64,000 nt of DNA from the human T2T-CHM13v2.0 reference genome, Homo sapiens: the NCBI RefSeq assembly GCF_009914755.1, contig NC_060925.1; one strand, written 5' to 3'. This document shows positions 54,301 through 64,000 of the stretch, one piece after another; the first letter of the stretch is position 1; the number at the start of each line of letters is the position of its first letter. The position numbers were made by a program, and so were the translations under genes. The notes beneath the pieces were generated by a model. It was not told the origin of the DNA, made no database searches, and saw only the letters and a program-made list of their open reading frames with translations.

Positions 54301-57242
54301 ACTGCAACTACAGAGATTTCCTGCAAAACTTGCATAATCACATATGCTCATTACTTTTGGATTTCTTGTGATTAGCAATCAAGGACAGTTTCTCAGCTAA
54401 TCAGTACAGGAAGAAGAGCCTATGGTAACAGACAATAAAGGAACAGGTAAGACATAGATATAGGAACACAGGCAGGGGGAGTCAAAAGGATGTGAGGACA
54501 GGGGATGCAGCTGAGAGGGCATGGCCAAGTTGATTTGTAATAGCAACAAACTTAAGACAACCCAAACATTTACCAACAGGGGACTGGTTTAAATACGATG
54601 TGCTTACAAACACTGGAATTTACTAATCCACCAAGTGTTCATAGAGAACCTACTCTGTGCCAGACACTGAGCATAGTGCTGTGAACAATAAAAACCCACT
54701 AAAATGAAATGTAGTCATGAAAAAATGAGGTAGATTTGCATGCACTGATGTGGAAAGATACCTAAAATGTATAAAATGAAAAATGCTTGTTTCAGAACAG
54801 CATGTATCATATGATCCCATTTGTGTAAGAAATTCTTACATATCTAAGTATACTGTTTACATAATCTCATAGTGATGATCTCTGGGGTATGTATTTGAAG
54901 AATGGTTAGGAAGGCCAAGAATTTATTTGACACTTTATAATCTTGCATTCTATTTGTAACCTGAGCATATTTATACATATAACATAGATGATATATAATG
55001 TAATAATAGTAATTTTAATTTTTATCTTTGGAATAATAGAAAACAGTAGTATAATTTTAATAATTTTTAAAACTAACAATGATATATTTGGCTGCTAAAG
55101 AAAGGAAAGACAGGGAGTAGGCAGTAGCTGGAGCAGGACATCAGGTTAAGGGATAAGTTGACTACAATAGACAGGACAGGTGGGATAGGGGAGACTGGGA
55201 TGGGAGAGTAAGCAGTGTACGTTTTTCCTGATAAAGCCATAGGGGATGAGATTTGGGGCTGAGTTGGGAGAAAATAACCTCAGATTGGATGATGGACATC
55301 TCGATTTTATAGGAGGGGGAAAAAGGAAAGAATGGGTATGGGGGCTGTCTGGCTATATAACAGGCATCCTTTATAATGGCTTCTGTTTTCCCACTGAGCT
55401 AGAAATAAGAGCACTTCCTCAGAGAGAGGGAAAAAGTAGGAAACTTTGCATTTCAAGAAAGATAGACAAGGGTTGAAAATGTAGTAAATATAAAAACAAT
55501 CTTACTAAATAAATTTATAATTTTCAGAAAGTCAGAGTTGAGGGCCCTGCTGAAATTGGTAACCACAAATTTATAGTGGTACCAATCTGCTTAATTTTAT
55601 GGGTATTTTTCTAGAGTTCTGCTAACATGAAACAGCAGATTCCTGATTCATTTAAGGCTGGGATTTTATTAGGTGGATATAATGAAGGGTCATAAGGGGC
55701 AAAGAAGTTTAAAATATTGATAAAAGGCTAAAATGGTGCCTCATTGCCCCTCAGTTGGGAAGGGAAGAAAAGAAATGAAAAGAAGAGGGGTTGGTGGATG
55801 GTGATTTTCAAGAAAAAGTGTTTGATGGCAGGGGACTGTCAAGAAGGAACAAACTTGAAAGACAAAAGGGTGTGGTCACAGAGTGTGGTATCTGAATATT
55901 TTATTCTTCAGCTGGAACAGCCCTGGGTAGTGACAAAGTATAGGATGACCATTGGAGAGGTGCTAAGTGAGCAGGAGGATGTCATTGGAGATGTGGGGCT
56001 CAAGGAACTGAAAGGCCAGGCCCTGGCTGGTGTCATGTCCTGGCCACATGTTAGGAAGCCAGGTCAAGGAAGCAGGAATGAAGACCCAGTGATGACAGGG
56101 AAGGGAAGGAATATTTGTCAAGGCATAATTCAGGTGTTCCTGAGTCCCCTGGCCATACTGCTATTTATTGCCATCCAAATCCCTGTGTATTATCTAATAA
56201 TGAGATCTCTGGCCCTCTGGAATCAGAATGCATTGCCTTAACTTCTGTCTCCTGGGATCTAAAATTCCATCACTGGCCTGAATGATCAGTGTTCCAGGTG
56301 CCCTAAAGGAGAGGGCTCAGAGAATTTGCTGTATATCTCTCTTTCCTTCGTCATGCCATTTGCTAGGTCTAGTTTATGGCCACTGTCTACTCACTGTCCC
56401 TGAAAAATATGGTCCCAAGAGAGGATCAAGCTTACTGCCTCCAGGAGGTAGCAGCCCTTGAGGGCTAATTTGCAGAGGTTCTGCAAGAGACATTTTCTCT
56501 CTCACACAGGCTCTGCTTTTCATAACCCTCCCAACCCTCCTTGTTGTCTTCTACCCCCCCAGGACTGGCCCTATTCCAAACTGCAGAATTTGTATGAGAG
56601 TAATCTAAAGTAATTGTAACTCTTATTATGCAATTTCTATCATTTATGAGTAATATGAGTTCTTGAGATAATTGGAAAACATGGTATTTCTATTGTCCCA
56701 CCTTCAATGGAAAGTGGAAGAAATACATGGGCATCTGCAGGAAACCTAACATTCCGCACCCAAACACAGAATGGTTCTGAACACTACTGGGGGTATGTCT
56801 AACTTAGACATCTTGGCTAAATCTATCCTTTTTTATCTCTACTAAAGTGGAGAGAATTTTGGTAGCCTGGGATCTGACTGCTTACCCAGAGCTTGTCTAG
56901 AGATAATCCAAGCAGTTGGGTACACTTCTAAGATGTTGAACAAGGCCTATGAGTCTCTGGTGACGTGTCTATAACTGACATCCTTCAATTCACCTGTGGC
57001 ACAGGTACCTAGACCAGGAATGCATGCACCAGCCTTGCTCATGTGTCCCAGGTAAACAAATCATTGTTATAAAGTCACTCTAGGTTTTATAACAGAGCAA
57101 CTCTCCTTCCAGCCCAATAATACCATTTTAAAGGTATAGACACCAAAAATGTACTAATAGCCTTAGTTTGACCTAATTTGCTATTCAGCTTCTTCATGTG
57201 GAAAGTCAAATAGCTGGATGCCACCTGCATTATTTCATTTAA

Positions 57243-60200
57243 ATTTTTTTTAATTTTTAATTTTTGTGGGTACATAGTAGGTGTATATATTTATGGGTTA
57301 CATGGGATATTTTGATACAGGCATACAGCAAGTAATAATTGCATCAGGGTAAATGGGATATTCATCACCACAAGCATTTATCCTTTGTGTTACAAACAAT
57401 CCAATTATACTCTTTTAGTTATTTTTAAAATATACAATTAAATTATTTTTGACTATAGTCACCTTGTTGTGCTAGAAAATACTAGGTCTTATTCATTCTT
57501 TCTAACAATATTTTTGTACCCATAAACCATCCCCATTTCCCACTCCCACCCCCACTACCCTTCTCAGGCTCTGGTAACCATCCTTCTACTCTCTATCTCC
57601 ATGAGTTCAATTGTTTTAATTTTCAGCTCCCAGAAATAAGTGAGAACATGCAACATTTGTCTTTCTGTGCTGTCTTATTTCACTTAATATAGTGACCTTC
57701 AGTTCCATCCATGTTGCTGTGCAAATAACAGGATCTCATTCTTTAGAGAGACTGATTTCTTTTCTTTTGGGTATGTGCCCAGCAGGGTGTTGCTGGATGG
57801 TATGGTAGCTCTATTTTTAAATTTCTGAGGAACCTCCAAGTTGTTCTTCGTAGTGGTTGTGCTAATTTACATTCTCATCAACAGCATACGAAGGTTTCCT
57901 TTTCTCCACATCCTAGCCAGCATTTGTTATTGGCTGATTTTCAGATAAAAGCCATTTTAGCTGGGATGAGATGATATTTCATTGTAGTTTTGATTTGCAT
58001 TTCTCTGATAATGATATTAAGCACTTTTTCATATACTGTTTGCCATTTGTAGGTCTCCTTTTAAGAAATCTCTATTCAGATCTTTTGCCCTTTTTAACTC
58101 AGATTATTTGATTTTTTCCTATAGAGTTGTTTGAGCTCCTTATATATTCAGCTTATTAATCCCTTGTCGGATGGGTAATTTGCAAATATTTTCTCCCATT
58201 CTGTGGGTTGTCTCTTCACTTTGTTGATTGTCTTCTCTGCTGTACAAAAGCTTTTTAATGTAATGTGATCCCATTTGTCCATTTTGCTTTGGTTGCCTGC
58301 GCTTCTGGGGTATTACTCAAGAAATCTTTGCTCACTCCAATGTCCTGAAGTTTTTGCAGTGTTTTCTTCTAGTAGTTTAATAGTTTGAAGTTTTAGATTT
58401 AAGTTTTTAATCCATTTTGATTTGATTTTTTAATATGGTGAGAGACAGGGGTCTAGTTTCATTCTTCTGCAAGTGGATATTGAGTTGCCCAGCAACATTT
58501 TTTAAGACTGGTTTTATCCTAATGTATATTCTTGGCACCTTTATTAAAAGTGAGTTCACTGTAGATGTATAGATTTATTTCCTAGTTCTCGATTCTATTC
58601 CATCGGTCTATGTGTCTGTTTTTATGCCACCACCATGCAGTTTTGGTTACTATAGCTCTGTAGTATAATTTGAAGTCAGGTAATGTGATGCCTGCTGTTT
58701 TGTTCTTTTTGCTCAGGATGGCTTTGGCTCTTCTGGTTCTTTTGTGGTTCCATATAAACTTTAGGATTTTTTTCTATTTCTGTTAAGAATGTCATTGGTA
58801 TTTTGATAGAGATTGCATTGAATTTGTCAATTTCTTTGGGTAGTGTAGACATTTAAACAATATTGATTCTTCTAATCCATAAACATGGAATATCTTTCCA
58901 ATTTTTGGTGTCTTCTTCCATTTCTTTCATCAATGTTTCATAGTTTTCATTGTAGAGATCTTCACTTCTTTGGTTCAGTTTAATTCCTAGGTATTTATTT
59001 GTAGCTATTGTAAATGAGGTTACTTTCTTGATTTCTTTTTCAGAATGTTTGCTGTTGGCATATAAAAATGCTACTGATTTTTGTATGTTGATTTTGTATC
59101 CTACAACTTTACTGAATTTGTTTATCAGTTTTAATGGTTTTTTGGTGGAGGCTTTAGATTTTACCAAATATAAGATCATATCATCTGCAAACAACAAGTT
59201 GACTCCTTCCTTTCCAATTTGAATCCCCTTTATTTATTTCTCCTGTTTGATTGCTCTAGCTAGGACTTCCAGTACTATGATGAATTACAGTGGTGAAAGT
59301 GGGCATCCTTCTCCTGTTCCAAATCTTAGAGGAAAGGCTTTCAGTTTTTTCCCTTTTAGTATGGTACTAGCTATGTGTCTGTCATATGTCAGCTTTCACT
59401 GCATTGGAGTATGTTGTTTCTACACCCAGTTTTTTGAAGGTTTTTATCAAGAAGTGATGTTGAATTTTATCAGCACCAGTTGAAATGTTCATATGGTTTT
59501 TATTCTTAATTCTGTTGATATGATGTATCACATTGATTGATTTGCATATGTTGAACCATTCTTGCATCCCTGAATAAATTTCAGTGGTCATGATGAATAT
59601 TCTTTTTAATGTGTTGTTGGATTCAGTTTGCTTATATTCTGTTGAGGATTTTTGGATCAATGTTCAGCAGAGATATTGGCCTGTAGTTTTCTTTTTTTGA
59701 TGTGTCCTTGTCTGGTTTTGGAATCGGGGTAATACTGGACTCAGAAAATAAGTGTAGAAGTATTGCCTTCTCCTCTATTTTTTGGAATGGTTTGAAAGTA
59801 GAATTAGTATTAGATCTTTGTATTAGTCCATTCTCATGCTGTTAATAAAGACACATCTGAGACTAGGTAATTTATAAAGGAAAGAGGTTTAATTGACTCA
59901 CAGTTCAGAATAGCCAGGGAGGCCTCAAGAAACTTACAATTATGGTGGAAGGGGAAGCAAACACATCCTTCTTCGCATGGTGGCAGGAAGGAGAAGTCCT
60001 GAGCAAAGGGGTAAAAGCCCCTTATAAAGCTATCAGATCTCGTGAGAACTCACTCACTATCATAAGAACAGCATGGAGGAACTGCCCCCATGATTAAATT
60101 ACCTCCCACTGGGTCCCTCCCACCACATGTGAGAATTATGGGAACTACAATTCAAGATGGAATTTGGGTGGGGACACAGCCAAACCATATTATTCTGCCT

Positions 60201-63200
60201 CTGTCCCCTCCCAAGTCTCATGTCCTCACATTTCAAAACACAATCATGCTTTTCCAACAGTCCCCCAAAGTCTTAGCTCATTCCATCATTAACCCAAAAG
60301 TCCAAGTCCAAAGTCTCATCTGAGACAATGCAAGTCTCTTCCAACTATGAACCTGTAAAATCGAAAGCAAGTTAGTTACTTCCTTGATACAATGGGGTAC
60401 AGGCACTGGATAAATACATCCATTTCAAACAGAAGAAATTGGCTAAAACCAAGGGGTTATAGGCCCCACACAAGTCTGAAATCCAATAGGGAAGTCATTA
60501 AACCTTAAAGTTCCAAAATGACCTCTTTTAACTCTATATCTCACATTCAGGTCATGCTGATGCAAGAGGTGGGCTCCCATGGCCTTGGGCAGCTCCACTC
60601 CTGTGGCTTTGCAGGGTACAGCTCCCCTCCTTGTTGCTTTGATGGGCTGGTGTTGAGTGCCTGTGGCTTTTCCAGGCACATAGCACAATCTGTCAGTGGA
60701 TCTACTATTCTGGGGTCTGGAGAACAATGGCCCTCTTCTCACAGCTCTACTATGCAGTGCCCCAGTGGGGACTCTGTGTAGGGGCTCCAACCACACATTT
60801 CCCTTCCACAGTGCCCTAGTAGAGGTTTTCCATGAGTGCTCTGCCCTGTAGCAAACTTCTGCCTGGACATCTAGGTGGTTTCCATACAACCTCTGAAATC
60901 TAGGTGAAGGTTCCCAAACCTCAATTCTTGACTTCTGTGCACCTACAGGCTCAACAACCACGTGGAAGTTGCCAAGGCTTGGGGCTTGCACCCTCTGAAG
61001 CAATGGCCCAAGCTGTACATTGGCTCCTTTCAGCCACAGCTGGAGCTGAAGAAGTTTGGACGCAGTGCCCCATGTCCCAAAGCTGCACAGATCAGAGGGG
61101 CTCTGCACCCAGCCCAGAAAACCATTTTTCCCTCTCTGTGAAGGTCTCTGACATGCCCTGGAGACATTTCTACCATTGTCTTGGTGATTAACATTTGGCT
61201 TCTCATTACTTAAGCAAATGTCTGCAGCTGGCTTGAATTTCTCCCCAGAAAATGTCGTTTTGTTTTTTGTTTTTTTTTCCTATTGCATTGTCAGGCTGCA
61301 AATTTTCCAAACTTTTATGCTCTGCTTCCTCTTGAATGCCTTGCTCCTTAGAAATTTCTTCTGCCAGATACCCTAAATCATCTCTCTCAAATTCAAAGTT
61401 CCACAGATCTTTGGGGCAGGGGCAAAATGCTGCCAGTCTGTTTGCTAACACATAACAAGAGTCACCTTTGCTCCAGTTCCCAACAAGTTCCTCATCTCCA
61501 TCTGAGACTACCTCAGCCTAGACTTCATTGTCCATATCAGTATCAGCATTTTGGGCAAAGCCATTCAACAAGTCTCTAGGAAGTTCCAAGCTTTCCCACA
61601 TCTTCCTGTCTTCTGACCTCTCCAAGCCTCTTGGAAGTTCCAAACTTTCCCACATTTTCCTGTCTTTTTCTGAGCCTTCCAAATTGTTCCAACATCTGCC
61701 TGTTACACAGTTCCAAAGTCACTTCCACATTTTTGGGTATCTTTATAGGAGCAACCCACTATCTGAGGTACCAATTTACTGTATTGGTCCATTCTCACGC
61801 TGTTAATAAAGACACACCCAAGACTGGGTAATTTATAAAGAAAAGAGTTTTAATTGACTCACAGTTTAGCATGGCTGGGGAGGCCTCAGGAAACTTACAA
61901 TCACGGCAGAAGGGGATGTAGATACACCCTTCTTTACATGGCAGCAGGAAAAAGTGCTGAGCAAAGGGGGAAAATCCCCTTATAAAACCATCAGATCTTG
62001 TGAGAACTCACTATCATGAGAACAGCATGGGGGAACTGCCCCCATCATTAAATTACCTCTTGCTGTGTCCCTCCCATGACATATGGGAATTATGGAAACT
62101 ACAATTGAAGATGAGATTTGGGTGGGGGTGGGGCCACTTATTGTTATAAACTTTCCTCTTAATACTTTTGCTGCATTCCATGTTTTTGTCTTGCAATCTA
62201 TTTTGTCTGATATGAGTATAGCTACTCTTGCTCTTTTTTGGTTTCCATCACCACAGAATATCTTTTTCCATCCCCTTATTTTCAGTCTATATGTGTCTTT
62301 TTAGGTGAAATGGGTTTCTTGTGTGCAACAGATCATCGAATCCTCTTTTTTTCATCCATTCTGATACTCTGTCTTTTTACTGGAGAGTTTAGTCCATTTA
62401 CATTCAATATTATTATTGATAAGTAAGGACTTACTTCTGCCTTTTAAAAAATTTGTTTTCTGGTTGTTTTGTGGACTTCTCTTTCTTTTTTCCTTCTTTT
62501 CTGTCTTCCTTTTAGTGAAGATGATTTTCTCTGGTGGTATGATGTAATTTCCTGCTTTTTATTTTTGGTGTATACATTGTATTTTTTTTATTATAGGTTG
62601 CCATGAGGCTTGCAAATACTGTCTTATATCCCATTATTTTAAGTTGATAACATCTTAACACTGTTTGCATAAATAAACAAGCAAAAAGAAAACTAATAGA
62701 AACTCTGTTTTTTAACTTTGTGCCCTGCTTTTTAACTTCGTGTTGTCTCTATTTATATCTTATTGCACTACGTATTGAAAAGTTGTAGTTATTATTTTTG
62801 ATTGGTTCATCTTTTAGTCTTCTACTTAAGATAAGACTTGTTTACATACCACAGTTACAGTGTTATCATACTGTGTTTTTCTGTGTACTTACTACTACCA
62901 GTGAGTTTTGTGCTTTCAGATGGTTTCTTACTATTCATAATGTCCCTTTCTTTCTGGATGAAGTGTTCCCTTTAGCATTTCTTATAGGACAGGCCTGGTG
63001 TTGATGAAATCCCTCAGCTTTTGTTTCTCTGGGAAAGTCTTTACATCTCTTCATGTTTGAAGGATACTTTTGCCAGATATACTATTCTAGGGTAAAAGTT
63101 GTTTTCCTTCAGCACTTTAAATATGTCATGCCACTCTCTTCTGGCCTGTAAGGTTTTCACTGAAAAGTCTGCTGCCAGACATATTGGAGCTCCACTGTAT

Positions 63201-64000
63201 ATCATTTGTTTCTTTCCTCTTGCAGCTTTTAGGTTCCTTTCTTTATCCTTGACCTTTGGGAGTTTGATTATTAAATGCCTTGAGATAGTCTTCTTTGAGT
63301 TAAATCTGCTTGGTGTTCTATAACTTTTTTGTACTTTGATATTAATACGTTTCTCTAGGCTTGAAAATTTCTCTATTCTTATCCCTTTGAATAAATGTCC
63401 TACTCTTATCTCTTTCTCTACCTCTTAAGGCCAATAACTCTCAGATTTGCCCTTTTGAAGCTATTTTCTAGATCTTGTAGGTGTGCTTTGCTTTTTGTTA
63501 TTCTTTTTCTCCTCTGACTGTGTATTTTCAAGTAGGCTGTCTGCAAGCTCACTAATTCTTTCTTTTGCTTGATCTATTCTTCTGTTAAAAGATTCTGATA
63601 CATTCTTCATTGTCAACTGCATTTTTCAACTCCAGAATTTCTTCCTAATTCTTTTTAATTATTTCTATATCTTGGTTAAATTTATCTGACAGAATTCTGA
63701 ATTCCTTCTTTGTGTTTTCTGTAATTTCTTTGGGATTCCTCAAAACAGGTATTTTGAAAACTTTTCCTGAAAGGTCACATATCTCTGTTTCTCCAGAATC
63801 AGTCCCTGGTAACTTACTTAGTTCATTTTGTAAAACCATGTTTTCATGGATGGTCTGGATGCTTGTGGATGTTTGCCAATTTCTGGAAATTGAAGAGTTA
63901 GGTATTTATTGAAGTCTTTGCATTCTGGGCTTGTTTGTGCCTGTCCTTGGGAAGGCTTTTGAGATATTCAAAAGGACTTGGGTGGTGTAACCTAAGCCAT
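57243..64000 (-). mobile_element. L1MA element (antisense, interrupted, runs off the window end)
   Basis: 3'UTR at about 57243-57700. ORF2 RT remnant [11 protein letters not shown] at 58853-59197. ORF1-like remnants near 63100-63840. Interrupted by THE1 and by deletions. Confidence 0.9.
59820..62130 (-). mobile_element. Near full-length THE1 (THE1C-like) MaLR: LTR, internal region, LTR
   Basis: Two direct LTR copies starting tgtattagtccattctc / tgtattggtccattctc at about 59820 and 61780 flank a ~1.6-kb internal region (ORF 60443-61108). The second LTR is truncated at its end. Confidence 0.9.

Noticed and set aside
55744-56241. 165-aa ORF
   Set aside because: Non-ATG start, no recognisable domain, and it lies in purine-rich sequence that looks like decayed repeat.
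56640-57235. Possible fourth CCP-type exon in unique sequence
   Set aside because: I found no Cys/Trp Sushi pattern or splice-bounded homology on inspection.
60443-61108. 221-aa minus-strand ORF
   Set aside because: Internal region of the THE1/MaLR element.

Overview
Primate genomic DNA, very likely human (an AluYa5-type arm is present), from the C4BPA-paralogue stretch of the RCA (regulators of complement activation) cluster. No intact protein-coding gene is supportable. Most of the window is retroelement sequence: two full-length L1PA copies, L1MA/L1M fragments, about 13 Alus, an internally deleted ERV1 provirus with a 40-bp VNTR, ERVL remnants, a THE1 element, MIR/L2 fragments and a MADE1 half-element. 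Between the repeats lie three + strand decayed C4BPA-like gene units (about 63-681, 24.6-34.5 kb and 47-51.2 kb). Each has C4BPA CCP7-like and/or CCP8-like Sushi exons plus the C-terminal oligomerisation exon. Unit 2, and more weakly unit 3, has an upstream exon remnant resembling the signal peptide of pig apolipoprotein R. I therefore read these units as fossils of a tandem family of short secreted signal-CCP-CCP-oligomeriser (ApoR-like) genes, not random C4BPA scraps. Other notable signals: a frame-restoring deletion after exon loss in unit 1, an open terminal exon in unit 3, shared private mutations between two L1s of different subfamilies (gene conversion), an AluYa5 arm nested in an older Alu, and a complex inverted templated insertion. 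Family names and reference comparisons come from recalled sequences, not database searches.
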